64,000 nucleotides of DNA from Octopus sinensis (lineage: Eukaryota): assembly GCF_006345805.1 (NCBI RefSeq), contig NC_043001.1:106950001-107014000 (forward strand), in the 5' to 3' direction. Below are positions 1-13,339 of this stretch, one piece after another. The notes under the pieces are model-generated. The model was not told the origin of the DNA. It ran no database searches and was given only the letters and a program-made list of their open reading frames with translations. Made by a program: the position numbers and the translations under genes. Every line of letters begins with the position of its first letter. Position 1 is the first letter of the stretch.

Positions 1-38
1 ACACACACACATGCATGCATACATACACACACACACAT

Positions 39-71
<33 letters not shown>

Positions 72-150
72 TACATACATACATACATACAAACATACAT
101 ACATACATACATACATACATACATACATACATACATACATACATACATAC
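1..150. repeat. (CA)n/(TACA)n microsatellite
   Basis: Directly visible. Confidence 0.97.
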
Positions 151-454
151 AATCTGGTCCTTCAACAGCCCCAAAATGTAATTGCTGCATAAAACATGCT
201 AACATATCAACATCACTACAACTTCCTTATTCATCAGCAACCTATTAAAATCTCTAATAATTTGACAAGATTTTTCCCATACCGTCCACGGTCGAATCCG
301 TATCCCAAAGGTTATGCTTAATTCCAGTGCAAGAAAATATTTCAGTTGGTACTGGCTATTTTTCTCCAATACACAAAGGCGCTATACGATACAGCACTCC
401 ACTCATCTTGCCTGAATTACCTTAGCTTTTCTCAATATCCTAACGGTATCTCAC

Positions 455-506
455 CTGTGGATTTTGAATTATTTGTCCACTCTTTTCTCCTTTGACAGTA
501 ATTGAA
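455..506 (-). other. Exon-like segment of an unidentified minus-strand transcript
   Basis: Minus strand reads tttctctttttaAG|52 nt|GTGAGA. Two frames are open (SITVKGEKSGQIIQNPQ or FNYCQRRKEWTNNSKST). No protein recognised. Confidence 0.35.
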
Positions 507-713
507 CTTAAAAAGAGAAATAAACATGAAAAATACTAATCACTGGACAAAAATAAATGAAAAGAAAAAACAAGAAAAACAGAGAATGAATGAAAGGAAA
601 AAATAATGGGTGGAGGGGAAAAAACAAAGAAAAAGGGGGAAAGACCGACTAACAGACAGGAAGACAGCAAGATAAAAAACATGGACAGACAGGCAAGCAG
701 GCAGGACAAACAA

Positions 714-808
<95 letters not shown>
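714..808. repeat. (GATA)n microsatellite
   Basis: Directly visible. Confidence 0.97.
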
Positions 809-1233
809 CTTGGGGAGGAGGTAAGAAAGAGAGAAAAAGAAAACTTAAATGCAGTGAAGAGAAAGAGAAATTGACGTGCAACATCCGTGAAAAGAAATAA
901 ATCACTGGCCTAAGGGACATAACTTTATCATCCTTGAATCATGTCTGGTAACACAAAAGGGTCTTTAGTGTCTGGAACACACTTATAAAAATGTTCTCTC
1001 AGACTAGGAATAAAGATTGCGTACACAATCCCACACACACACATATATATAAACTCATACATACATACATACATTCATATATATATATTATAATAAAAGG
1101 GTAAAATCAGTAATAATTTTACCAGGTAGTCAATGCGGAAATAAAAACTTCGTAGGTAAATTTTTTCAAAATATTTTATAATTATATACGTAATTACAAC
1201 AATGGATCGGCTTTACGCCTCACTACGCACTAT

Positions 1234-1397
1234 ATCCAAATTCAGGGAGTGGAGCAGATAACATCCAGGCTACATGTTTCCTAGCTCCCAGAGCCTCTGA
1301 TGTGATAGTCACTCAACGAATTATTACATCAGAGGACTTGCTAGCTAGGAAACATATATACCTTAGATTTTACCTGCTCCACTCCCTCAATTTAGAT
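1234..1397. repeat. Imperfect palindrome, arms ~77 bp
   Basis: ATCCAAATTCAGGGAGTGGAGCAG...CCTCTGATGTGATAG pairs with TTATTACATCAGAGG...CTGCTCCACTCCCTCAATTTAGAT; about 80% identity by eye. Confidence 0.8.
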
Positions 1398-1584
1398 TTT
1401 AATTCGCATTCATAGCAACTCAGGTTACATACCGACTTGTAAAAACATGTTTTCAGCTTATTGAACTTCGATATGGAGAAAGCTTACAACCTTCGATGCC
1501 AATAAACGTTGTTCTGTATACCTACTACGGACTTCTTGAAGCTTACAAACTTCCTGGGGGTATAAATATATATATATATATATT

Positions 1585-1785
1585 CTTTTATTTGTTTCAG
1601 TCATTTGACTGCGGCCATGCTGGAGCACCACTTTTACTCGAAGAAATCGACCACAGGACTTATTATTTGTAAGCCTAGTGCGTATTCTAACAGTCCCTTT
1701 TGCCGAAACGCTAAGTTGCGGGGACGTAAACACACTAATATCGGTTGTCAAGCGATGGGGGAGGGGCAAATTTTGACACACACAC
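1585..1785 (-). mobile_element. tRNA-derived SINE, 3' part (octopus-type family)
   Basis: Reverse complement of the ...CAGCATGGCCGCAGTCAAATGACTGAAACAA tail seen in full-length copies at 35329 and 62338. Confidence 0.8.
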
Positions 1786-1810
1786 ACACACTTGTGTGTG
1801 TGTGTGTGCA

Positions 1811-2745
1811 TTGGGTCATCCCAGAGATAATGCGCTTTTTTCAATTGCATGAACCAAACGTCGGACAGGGACGTGATAAACTACCTGCATGAGCTTGCTA
1901 TAAAAGCAGGTAGTAATTTAACTTTGTGTTTATTCTTAGTGCAAGTTTTGAAGAGTGCAGTTCGATTTTAACACTTATTTTTTCAAAGTTATAATGGAAG
2001 TGACAAAGGAGCATATTCGGCATATTTTGCTTTATGAGTTCAATAAAGGCAACAACGCAACAGAAAGTGCGAGGAATATTAATGCAGTATATGGAAATCG
2101 AACAATAAGCGTAAGCCAGTGTCAGAGGTGATTCCAGAAATTCTGAGTCGGAAACTACAGCCTAGAAGACGAGCCTCGTCCTGGGAGATCTGTAGAGCTC
2201 GACGAGGACGTCCTGCAAACCCTGGAGGAACAAAATTCCATCGTAACTAGCAGAGAGGCTTGAATTTGGTCACTCAATCATTCATCGACACTTGCGTGTC
2301 ATCGGAAAAGTCGGCAAATTGGGTCAATGGGTTCCTCACAAACTTCCCGAGTCTAATCACGCGCAGAGAGTGAATGAGTGCTCTTCTTTGCTTTCACGTC
2401 TCAGGAATGAACTTTTTTTGAACCGAATAGTGACTGGAGACAAGAATGTGTTCCCTATAAAAATTACAAGCGCCGAAGACAGTGGGCAGAGAAAGGAGAA
2501 ACGCCGGCACCCCAGGCTAAAGGCCTTCTCCCACGCAAGATGTTGTTGTCTGTTTAGTGGAATATGAAAGGTTTAGCCCACTTTGAACTTTTAAACTCAA
2601 ATCAAACGATAACAAAGGAGATCTACTGCGAGCAGCTTGAGCGGTTGAAGTCAATGCTAGAAGAAAAACGACTCTCTTTGGTTTCAAAACGAAAGGTGTT
2701 CTTCCATCAGGCCAGGACAGAGCACGGAAATGGTATGAACATGAA
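1811..2745 (+). mobile_element. Decayed mariner (Mos1/Hsmar-like) transposon with transposase pseudogene, 3'-truncated
   Basis: TIR-like TTGGGTCATCCC at 1811. From ATG 1994: MEVTKEHIRHILLYEFNKGNNATESARNI, then WVPHKL, RIVTGD, YCEQLERLK...RKVFFHQ, with stops and frameshifts. Confidence 0.9.
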
Positions 2746-2799
2746 CCAGGAGTCACCGAGAAAAATAAATATAAGATAGGTGTGTGTGTGGGGGGGGGG

Positions 2800-3140
2800 T
2801 TATAATCCAATGTGACTACCCAATAGATGTTCGGAGACCAGAGACTGTTGTGGTAGATAAAGGAAAAAAAGGAAACCAAGATTATAGATATTGCAATACC
2901 TGGGGATGCACGTATAAGTGACAAAGAACTAGAAAAGTAAACTACTAGAAGACGAAATTGCAGGTATGTGGACTATGAGGAAAGTGTCTGTCATCCCAAT
3001 AGTTGTAAAGGCACTCGGAGCACTAACAACCAAGTTCGAGAAATATGTCAGAGAAATCGGAATTGACATGAGCAGAGAAAGCCAAAAAGAAAAACTGCTC
3101 TGCTGAGGACAGCTAGGATTTTGAGATTGGTACTTGGGTG
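2800..3140 (+). mobile_element. 3' fragment of an RLE-type (R4/Dong-like) non-LTR retrotransposon
   Basis: Translates across frameshifts to IQCDYPIDVRRPETVVVDK...IIDIAIPGDARI...VIPIVVKALGAL...KTALLRTARILRLVL, matching the restriction-like endonuclease C-terminus. Confidence 0.75.
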
Positions 3141-3164
3141 TTATGTTTTCCACGTGCAAAACTC

Positions 3165-3500
3165 AGTGGTTATTGTCGGGCTCACAATCATGAGGTAGTG
3201 AGTTCGATTCCCAGACCGGGCTGCGTTTTGTGTTCTTGAACAAGACACTTTATTTCACATTACTTCAGTTCGCTCAGCAGTAGAAATGAGTTGTGATGTC
3301 ACTGGTGCCAAGCTGTATCAGCCTATGCCTTTGCCTTGGATAAAATCGGTTGCGTGGAGAGGGGAGGCTGGTATGCAAGGGTGACTGCTGGTCTTCCATA
3401 AATACCCTTGCCTAGTCTTGCGCCTTGGAGGGGAACTTGCTAGGTGCAATCTCATGGTCATTCATGACCGAAGGGCGTCTTTATCAAAGCTTATAATGTG
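3165..3500 (+). mobile_element. tRNA-derived SINE, second family
   Basis: B-box-like GAGTTCGATTCCC followed by GTGTTCTTGAACAAGACACTT core. Confidence 0.7.
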
Positions 3501-3574
3501 CGGAAACATTGTGAGACCTCTGAAAACAGGACCGAGTACTCTGAGAAGTAAAACAACAACAACAATAAATTTTT

Positions 3575-4040
3575 CAACAAGGGTAGCCATTTTGGGAGAG
3601 GTGATGTGTCGATTACATCGACCCTAGTGGTCAACTGGTGCTTAATTTATCGACCCCGAAAGGATGAAAAACAAAGTCGACCTCAGCGGAATTTGAACTT
3701 AGAACGTAACGGCAGACGAAATACTGCTAAGCATTTCGCCCGGCGCGCTAACGATTCTGCCAGCTCAATAATAGTAATGAATTTTAAGATTGTGATTTGT
3801 TTTTTAATTCAAAGTTTTCTACATACAAGGGACATTACTCCCACCGATTTTCGTTTCCCTTTATGTAAGGGTTATTTCATTATTTTCCTTTGTAGTTACT
3901 ACTGTCTAAAGGGAGTTTACTCTCACTATCTTCAGTGACTTTTTTTTTACACTAGGCACAAGGCCCGAAATTTTGGGAGAGGGGGTACTTACTTAACTTA
4001 TCGACCCTGAAAGGATGAAAGGCAAAGTCGACCTCGGCGG
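3575..4040 (-). mobile_element. Two SINE fragments (3575-3760 and ~3940-4040)
   Basis: Both contain TCGACCC..AAAGGATGAAA..CAAAGTCGACCTC.GCGGA. Confidence 0.65.
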
Positions 4041-4499
4041 ATCTTTTTGAAGGCGGTTTGACGTAGAGTCTTTTTACTTTCTTCCTCTACTATTTCTGTC
4101 GCTATAACTGCTTCACCTATTAAACTTCATACTGATCACTTTTTCAGTATATTCCTCCCCTAGAACTATATAACCCTCCGCTTAAGTGTTTTTCTTATAA
4201 ACGCCAATTTACAGACATTTAAGTTAAACGTTGACCACACAACAATCAATCCCACCTGTCTGTCTGTGTGTCCAATTGATTCTATTTTCCTGTATGTAAT
4301 CTTTTCTTTCAGTTCTTTTTTGCTTTCTCCTTGTTTTTTCTTCTCACCATTTGGCTGAACATCTTACAAAAAAAGGCTTCTTAAGAAGGAAATAAGCACT
4401 AATCGAAGAATATCAGCAAATTTTAATTTTAAAATAGTCCCATGACATAAAATACAAATTCTAATACACAATTCAACAAGATATAATATATTTTATTTT

Positions 4500-4680
4500 T
4501 TGCCTTTTTCTTGTTTCAGTCATTAGACTGTGGCAATGCTGGAGCACTGCTTTAATATTTTTTGTTAGGTGTGATACTTATTCTATCGGATCCATTTCGC
4601 CCAACAGCTAGGTTACGGGAATGTAAACAAATACCGGTTGTCAGGCGATGGTGGAAGAGCAAACCACAAACAAAGACACA
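4500..4680 (-). mobile_element. SINE 3' part
   Basis: Same tail as 1585-1785. Confidence 0.7.
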
Positions 4681-4720
4681 TACATACATACACTCACACA
4701 TACATGTGTGTGTGTCTGTT

Positions 4721-4753
<33 letters not shown>

Positions 4754-4919
4754 ATGTATATATATATATATATAATTTCAATTGTAATAAAGGATAAAAT
4801 CTTTTAAAATTTTATCTATTGCCAGCATATAAAAATAGACCTATTAAGGTGATGATTTAAAGTGGTTGGATGATTTAGCATCTCTTTTCAGCATATATGC
4901 TACATTATTTCTATGCTCT

Positions 4920-5255
4920 TAGCAACGGTTCGTCGCTGGAAAAAGCATATAATATTTTGCGAATGGGGTGAGTTTTCATCACTAGCTGGTGATTAACACA
5001 TGCTGAGGACGGGTAACTGCCCAGAAACTCGAGTCCATATTTATCATGTAAGGCTAGGAACAGAACTGACGACCTCTCCTCACAAATACTAATCGGGCAC
5101 AGAATGTGTGTTGTTAGCCAGCTGGAAGAGATGTCTTTCTATGGCTACAAACGGCACGCCGGTAGCACTGTCCCGTATAGGACGCCATACTTGGTTGGCA
5201 ATTATATGTTACGATTCTGTATTGCTACTGTTTACGTCTTGCTCAGAGATTTAAT
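4920..5255 (+). mobile_element. Old interspersed repeat related to the arm of the 57992-58540 inverted repeat
   Basis: Shares GGGCACAGAA.GTGTGT..AGCCAGCTGGA and TACTGTTTAC.TCTTGCTC.GAGATTTAAT with 58415-58580. Confidence 0.55.
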
Positions 5256-5440
5256 ATAGTATATAGTAAATATTAAGTTAGGGGTTGTAGGTCCAACCCA
5301 CTAAGTGATAATAACTATCCAATATACTGTTGGTATAATACCCAATTATTAATACACAAGTGTTTTTTATTGCATTGCAATTAACTTCTCTAGTGTATTA
5401 AATGGGTGAAGGTAAAGATATATTTTTACCATTAATTTAT

Positions 5441-5683
5441 ATTGCAATTAAGAAAATGGAGGAGCACAATAGTTCGTTCATCAACTTTAGGACATTAAAA
5501 ATGTTAACTTATTTATTTATTAAACTGATAATTATAATAACATAAGGATATATGCATAGAATAATATGCTATATGTATGTATGTTATTATAATTATCAGT
5601 TAAATAAATAAATAAGTTAACATTTTTAATGTCCTAAAGTTGATGAACCAACTATTGTGCTCCTCCATTTTCTTATCTGCAAT
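5441..5683. repeat. Near-perfect hairpin/foldback (MITE-like), ~100-bp arms, ~35-bp loop
   Basis: AAGAAAATGGAGGAGCACAATAGTT...ATAATAACATA pairs with TATGTTATTAT...AACTATTGTGCTCCTCCATTTTCTT with about 4 mismatches. Confidence 0.9.
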
Positions 5684-5720
<37 letters not shown>

Positions 5721-5918
5721 CATACTTTATAATTAGGGTTCAGCAAAGATTTGCTTTACCACATACCGAAGTTTAGAAATAGCAGCCAAAAAGCCCTATT
5801 TCTTCTACTTTAAAAAGGGGATTCGCAGAAAAAACCAAAATACTTGAAAACAATCCACGCAGGCAGAGAGGAAAAATAACGAGAATCAATCTATATCTGA
5901 TCACCCATGTACGCGTGA

Positions 5919-8900
5919 TTGTTTGTTTCTTTGTTTGTTGGTTTGTTGGTTGGTTTGTTTCTTTGTTTGTTTGATTTTGTTTGTTTTCATTTGTTTGTTT
6001 GTTTGTTGGGTTATTGGTTTGTTGGTTTCTTTGTTTTTGTTTGTTTTTGTTTGTTTGTTTGTTTGTTGGTTTGTTTCTTTGTTGGTTTGTTTGTTTGTTG
6101 GATTGTTGGTTTGTTTGTTTGTTTGATTTTGTTTGTTTTTTTCTTTATTGTTTGTTAATTTGCTATTTTGTTTGTTTGTTTGTTGGTTTGTTTGTTGTGG
6201 TTTTTTGCTTGTTTGTTTGTTGGTTTCTTTGTATGATTCTTTGTTACTTTGTTGGTTTGTTTGTTTGTTTTCTTGCTTGTTTATTTGTTTTTGTTTGTTT
6301 TTTGTTTGTTTGTTGGTTTGTATATTGGTTATTTGGTTTGTTTGTTTGTTGGGTGGTTTGTTTGTTTGTTTGTTGGTTTGTTTGTTTGTTTGTTTGTTGG
6401 GTGGTTTGTTGGTTTGTTTGTTTGTTGGATGGTTTGTTGGTTTGTTGGTTGGTTGGTTGGTTGGTTTGTCTGTTTGTTGGTTTGTTTGTTGGTTTGTTTG
6501 TTGGGTGGTTTGTTGGTTTGTTTGTTGGTTTGTTTGTTTGTTTGTTTGTTGGGTGGTTTGTTGGTTGGTTGGTTGGTTTGTCTGTTTGTTGGTTTGTTTG
6601 TTTGTTGGTTTGTTTGTTGGGTGGTTTGTTGGTTTGTTTGTTTGTTGGTTTGTTTGTTTGTTTGTTGTGTGGTTTGTTTGTTTGTTTGTTGGTTTTTTGT
6701 TTGTTTGTTTGTTGGTGTGTTTGTTTGTTTGTTTGTTTTTTGTTTGTTTGTTGGTTGGTTTCTTGGTTTGTTTGTTTATTTGTTTGCTGGTTGGTTTGTT
6801 GGTTGGTTTCTTTGTTTGCTGGTTGATTTGTTGGTTGGTTTGTTTATTTGATGGTTTCTTTGTTTGTTGGTTTGTTGGTTTCTTTGTATGATTCTTTGTT
6901 TCTTTGTTGGTTTGTCTGTTTGTTTGCTTGCTTGTTTGTTTGTTTGTTTTTGTTTGTTTTTTGTTTGTTGTTTTGTTTGTTGGTTTGTTTGTTTGTTTGT
7001 TTATTTGTTTGTTTGTTCGTTTGTTGGGTGGTTTGTTGGTTTGTTTGTTGGGTGGTTTGTTGGTTTGTTTGTTTGTTTGTTGGGTGGTTGGTTTGTTTGT
7101 TTGTTGGTTTGTTTGTTTGTTTGTTTGTTTGTTGGTTTTTTGTTTGTTTGTTTGTTGGTGTGTTTGTTTGTTTTTTGTTTGTTTGTTTGTTTGTTGGTTT
7201 GTTTGTTTATTTGTTTGCTGGTTGTTTTGCTAGTTGCTTGTTTCTAGGTTTGTTGGTTTGTTTTTTTTGCCGGTTTGTTTCTTTGTTGGTTAGCTGTTTT
7301 GTTTCTTTGTAGGTTTGTTGGTTTGTTTGTTTGTTTCTTTCTTTCTTTCTTTCTTTCTTGGTTTGTTGGTTTGTTTGTTTGTTTGTTTGTTTGCTGGTTT
7401 GTTTGTTTCTTTGTTGTGATCTTGGTTTCGTGGTTTGTTGGATTGGTGGTTTGTTTGTTTGTTTGTTGTTTGGTTTGTTGGTTGGTTTTTATGCTTGTTT
7501 GTTTGTTTGTTGGTTTGTTTGTTTGTTGTTTTTTTTGGTTTGTGGGATTGTTGGTTTCTTGGTTTGTTTATAGATTGTTCGTTTGTTTGTTTGTCTGTTT
7601 GTTTTTTGTTTGTTGGTATGTAGGTTTGTTTGTTTGTTGGTTTGGTTATTTGTTGGTTTGTTTGTTTGTCCATTGGTTATTTGGTTTGTTGGTTTGTTTG
7701 TTTGTTTGTTTGTTGGTGTGTTGGCTTTTTGTTGTTTATTGTTCATTTGTTGGTTTGTTTGTTTGTTTGATTGTAAGTTTGTTTGTTGGTTTATTGGTAT
7801 GTTTGTTTGTTGGGTTGTTTGTTGGTTTGTTGGCTTTTTGTTTGTTTGTTTGTTTGTTTGTTTGTTGGTTTCTTGGTATGTTTGTTTTTTGGTGTGTTTT
7901 TTTCTTTGTTTTTTGTTTCTTGGTTTCTTGGTTTGTTTGTTTGTTGGTTGGTTTGTTGGATGTTGGTTTGTTTGTATGTTTGTTTGTTGGTTTGCTTGTT
8001 TCTAGGTTTGTTGGTTTGTTTTTTTGTTGGTTTGTTTGTTTCTTGGTTTGTTTGTTTGTCTGTTTGTTTCTTTTTTTTTGTTGGTTTGTTGGTCTGTTTG
8101 TTTGCTGGTTTCTTTATTTGTTTGTTTGTTTGTTGGTTTGTTTGTTTGTTTGTTTGTAGATTTTGTGGGTTTGTTAGTTTTTGTTTGCTTGTTTGTTGGT
8201 TTGTTTGTTTGTTAGTTTGTTGGTATGTTTATTTGTTTCTTTGTTTGTTGGTTTGTTTGTTTGTTTGTTCGTTTGTTTGTTGGTTTGTTGGTTTCTTGGT
8301 TTGTTTGTTTGTTTGTTTATTTGATTGTTAGTTTGTTTATGTGTTTGTTTCATTGTTTGTTGGGTTTTTTTGCTTGTTTATTTTTGTTTCTTTGTCTGTT
8401 TATTTTTGTTTCTTTGTTTGTTGGTTTGTTGGCTGTTGGTTTGTTGGATTGTTGGTTTGTTTGATTGTTTGTTGGTTTGTTTGTTTGTTGGTTTCTTGGT
8501 TTATTGGTTTGTTTGTTTGTTTGTTTGTTTATTTGTTTGTTAGTTTGTTTATGTGTTTGTTTCATTGTTTGTTGGGTTTTTTTGCTTGTTTGTTTGTTTC
8601 TTTGTTTATTTTTGTTGGTTTGTTTGTTGGTTTGTTTGTTTGTGTTTATTGGTTTGTTCGTTTGTTTGTTGGTTTGTTGATTTATTTTTTGTTTGATTGT
8701 TTGTTTGTTTGTTAGTTTGTGTGTTTGTTGGTTTGTTGATTTGTTGGTTTGTTGGATTGTTTGATTGTTTGTTTGTTGATTTCTTTGTTGGTTTGATTTT
8801 TTTGTGGTTTGTTGTTTTGTTGGTTTCTTTGTTGGTTTGATTTTTTGTGGTTTGTTGTTTTGTTTGTTTGTTGGTTAGTTTGTTTGTTTTTTGTTTGTTT

Positions 8901-9686
8901 GTTTGTTTGTTAGTTGGTTTGTTTGTTTGTTTCTTGGTTTGTTTGTTTGTTTGTTCCTTGGTTTGTTTGTTTGTTGGTTAGTTGGTTTGTTTGTTTGTTT
9001 CTTGGTTTGTTTGCTTGTTTGTTTCTTGGTTTGTTTGTTTGTTTGTTTGTTTGATTTTTGGTTGGTTTTTTGTTTGTTGTTTTGTTGGTTTGTTGGTTTC
9101 TTAGTTTGTTGTGTTTTTTGCTTGTTTGTTTGTTTCTTTCTTTCTTTGTTTCATTGTCTGTTTATTTTTCTTGGTTTGTTTCTTTGTTTGTTGGTTCTTT
9201 GGTTTGTGGGTTTGTTGGTTTGTTTGTTTGTTCGTTTGCTTGTTTATTTGTCTGTTTGTCTGTTTGTTTGTGGTCTTTTGTTTGTTTGTTTGTTGGTTTG
9301 TTTTTTGGTTTGTTTATTTGTTTGTTTGTTTGTTTGCTTGCTCCTTTGCTTGCTCCTTTGCTTGCTAGTTTACTTGCTTGCTTGCTTCTTTGTTTTTTCT
9401 TTGTTTCTTTCTTTGTTTTTTGTTTGTTGTTTTGTTTGTTTGTTCGTTCGTTTGTTTTGTTTTTTGTTTGTTTGCTTCTTTGTTTGTTTGTTTGCTGGTT
9501 TGTTTGTTGGTTCTTTTTGCTTGTTTATTTGTTTGGCTGGTTGGTTGTTTGGTTCTTTGGTTGGTTGTTTTGTTTGTTTGTTTGTTTGTTTTTTTCCGGT
9601 TCGTTGGTTTGTTGGTGTGTTTGTTTGTTTGTTGTTTCATTTTTTTGTTTGTCTGTTTGGTTGTTTGTTTATTTGTTTGGTGGTTT
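5919..9686. repeat. Giant degenerate (GTTT/GTTG)n simple-repeat tract, ~3.8 kb
   Basis: Directly visible; very few A or C on the + strand. Confidence 0.98.
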
Positions 9687-10169
9687 GAGGAAAGACACAT
9701 GATTTGAAGGTGGCACTCTTCCTCAAAGGACTGTAGTGCTTTTCCTTTACTCATAGTTTAAGGAATTGACTTCAGTCAGGTTTTATGTTGAAGAATTGGT
9801 GATAAACCATTGCACTGCTGTTCATTATAACAGCTATGTTAGAGATATATGTGCGGAGGACTTGCTTTGTCATCCAATTCAGTTGGTGCTAAAAATAAAG
9901 CAAAATAACGTTTTTGGATAAATCTTTTAAGTTCATATTATCGCATTAAATGCGTATTGAATGCTTAAAACCACAAAAGATGTGTTGTTTACTCGTTTTC
10001 AGCATGTAGAATACAAATATTGACAACACATGCTATTTTTCAGGATGTCGACGACAAAATGACAGCTTCCAAATCATGTTTCCTGACTGAGAGAAAATTA
10101 TCAAAATTCAAACCTCTATAACTTTTTAAAAACATTTTTCTGAAAAAAGTGAAATGACTCCAGCAATTC

Positions 10170-10930
10170 AGCTTAGAAAACTACATTAATGTGACTAATT
10201 TTAAAATTTTCGATAAACTTTAATTTTTGAAATGCTGGCAGCCAAACAGAAAATATCCTAGTTATCTTTACCCCTGTCTTCAAAACCCAGGATGATACTT
10301 TCTTGGTTATTTCAATTTTGTTCACTTTTTTGAGTGTCCTTCGTGTATTGCTTTGTAATAGTAGATAGGACATACAGACATGCATTAATCTGCCTGCATT
10401 AAGGTTCATTAACACAGCTATAAATATTCATTAACAGCTTATAATACCGTGTCTGTTGGTCTTTTGCTTACTCAAAGTTATTTTTTCTTGAAAATTTTAT
10501 CAAGAGAATATTTCACCGATTTATAACCCTGACTACTACTACTACTACAAATCGTTACGGTTGTGCTTGCAATTTTCCATAGTCGTAATAGAGGGACAGT
10601 GGTCAGTTGCTTTAGCCTGTATAATGTCGTTAGACTGGCAAGCAGCTTAGTATCAGTTGGAATCGCAAATTATCAAACAACATGGTGTTCAAACAGCGTT
10701 CATGCCTTTGTTTATACTGTTTGGGAAAAGGTTAATTTCAGATCTTTTTTTTTAATAATTTTTTTTATAAAATTACATTTTCTAACTTTCTTCCCGTGTC
10801 CCAAAATTGGGATAATTGTTTCGCCATAAAATCATTTAGTTCAGGGTGCAAATCGTTCCAGTATGCTTTCAGTCTAGTTATATATCCAACAGCAGGGTTT
10901 TGTTTCGATTTTCACTAACAGTTAGATAAA
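10170..10930 (-). mobile_element. Highly decayed RLE-type LINE N-terminal fragment
   Basis: Minus-strand peptide NPAVGYITRLKAYWNDLHPELNDFMAKQLS resembles, from memory, the GY..R.K..W...HPE motif of R4/Dong-like ORFs; multiple stops. Confidence 0.4.
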
Positions 10931-10971
10931 TAAATCATTGTTCAGTTCATAACGCTAAGAAAAATGTGGGG

Positions 10972-10974
<3 letters not shown>

Positions 10975-11059
<85 letters not shown>

Positions 11060-11070
11060 TACGCGCGCGC
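10975..11070. repeat. (GT)n-(GTGC)n-(GC)n alternating purine/pyrimidine tract (Z-DNA prone)
   Basis: Directly visible. Confidence 0.9.
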
Positions 11071-11610
11071 TTTTTCGGAAAGGGACCCTCTAAACATTTA
11101 AAATGCATGATGCAAAAAACAATTTGAAAACTCCCGGCGGAAATCTTTCGTTACACATCTGTGACCTCTTCAGATTTCCGGACAATGGACAGGCGTTAAC
11201 ATAATAAAATAACAGTAATAAACGAGCAGAGCAAAAATTTAAAAAATAAAATGACCATCCCGAAATACAATATTTATACACACACACGCACAAACATGCA
11301 CACACACACACACGCACACACATACATACAAATGCATACTTACGCGCGCCCGCGCACACACACATATGCACACAAATACATAACTCCAATTATTACATAT
11401 GTGCTGTAAGGTATTTCTCAAAGAGTTCGGTAATTTATATTGTTTTTGAGTAAGAGTAACACGGTTATATTTTATAAAAGAGGTAAGTTAACAATTTTGG
11501 TCTATATTGAATTTAAAAGGCATTTTACATTCACTTGTAAATTTAGACGGCTTCGTAATGAAGAAAATGACTGATAAATTTAACACCAAAGACTTGATCA
11601 GAGTCTAACG

Positions 11611-11858
11611 CAGTGGTTCTTAACTGGGGTCAATATACCCCTAGGGGTTCCATATAAGATTTGCGTTTTAAAATCTGTGTACAATAAATTGGTTATACTT
11701 CTACAGTACACAAATATTTTAACAAATTTTGAAATGCAATTCCCAATAATATTTAGTTATAAAAAAAATAATACGATTTTTTAAACATTGGATTGCTAGG
11801 AAGGTACGAACATCCAAGTAAAATGGATCTCAAAGATGTTGATAGGTGAAAAACAATG
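11611..11858. mobile_element. hAT (Charlie-like) MITE, family A
   Basis: Begins CAGTGGTTCTTAAC after GAGTCTAACG; degenerate right TIR GGTGAAAAACAATG. Confidence 0.65.
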
Positions 11859-12423
11859 GTTCAGAAAAAATTTCCCTTTAGAAATTTGTTACTCTAACTT
11901 TGTGATGGCTGGCTGAGTACAATTTTATAATTAATAAGAAGAAATGAATATTTTTCCATGAATTTAATAAACTACTTTACCTTAAACGTTGACCTCAGAC
12001 GTCTTCTTCCTGAAACAAAAGTGATTTGACTCTAAACATTTAGCAGACGACAGCTTTACGTCTCCTCATAAATGGAATACTTCGGGTGTTTCCGCATAAT
12101 TCCGGTTTTTAACGATTTTTTTGCTAAATAACTGCGTGCTTGTGTGTGAGAGTATAGGCGTATGTGTGTGTGAGAGAGAGGGGGAGAAAGAGAGAGAGAG
12201 AAAGAAAGAAAGGAAGGAATATCTCGGGTGTTTCCGGATAATTCCGGTTTAAACGCTGTTTTTTTTTAATGTGTCTGTGTGTGTGTGTGTGAGAGAGAAA
12301 GAGAGAGAGAGAGACAGACAGACAGAGTGAGAGAAAGAGAAAGAAAGTAAGTAAGAAAGAAAGAAGGAAAGTGAGAAGGAAAGAAAGAAAGGAAAAGAAT
12401 ATGATAGATAAATAGGTGGGTAA

Positions 12424-12515
<92 letters not shown>

Positions 12516-13339
12516 GTGGTAGGTAGGTAGGTAGGTCGATGGACGGACAGACAGAGGAAGGAGAGGGGAGACAGCAGTGAAAGAGTGATATCAATGGCGA
12601 AGAGAGAGAGAGAGAGAAGAAAGATAGATTAAATGTCAAAGTGTCGCCAAATAAAGAAAAGAATATGAAAGACAGATGAGGAGAGGAGGAGAGTAACAGA
12701 AAAAGTTTTGGCTTAAACGTAAATATGTGTGGATGGAACGGTCATGTATGGGTATCATGTCAAAACTGGACATATTATTGATTAAGTTCTATGACAAATA
12801 CGATCAAATAGATTTATTCATGGTCAAAATCAAGTAATTAAGAAACTGGCTTTGTTTTCCTTTATATTCAGTGTGTTGTCCCGTCTTTAGAGGTGGCCGG
12901 GAGTGATATTTAAGACGATTTGGTTGTTGTTTCTAGCAGGTCGAGAAACTACGTAGAGACTTTCTTGTTAGACTTGATTGTGTGAGGATCGATAAGATGC
13001 ATTCACACACACACACACACACACCGACACACACACACACATAGATACACACACACCAACACGGACACACATACACACTACACACATGTATGTATGTGTA
13101 TGAGCATATATAAAAATATGACAAAACTCACAGGGAAAATCTATTTTAGCTGTGGTTACCTTTTGAGAGAAGGCAGACGATTCCTCCAGGAATTGGATTA
13201 CATACGTTTCTGAATATGGAATGTAATAAAATTAATTTAATAAAGGTGGATTACCTTCAGTTTAAACTTTAGCTGGTTTCTTCACGGAAAGAAAGGTGAC
13301 GGACAACCATGGCACCAAAGACTTGATGAGAGTCTAGAC

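Noticed and set aside
5919-9707. Many long ORFs (up to 294 aa) rich in F/V/C/L/W/G or K/Q/T/N
   Set aside because: They arise because (GTTT)n contains almost no stop codons; they are open in all frames, with no splice or domain evidence.
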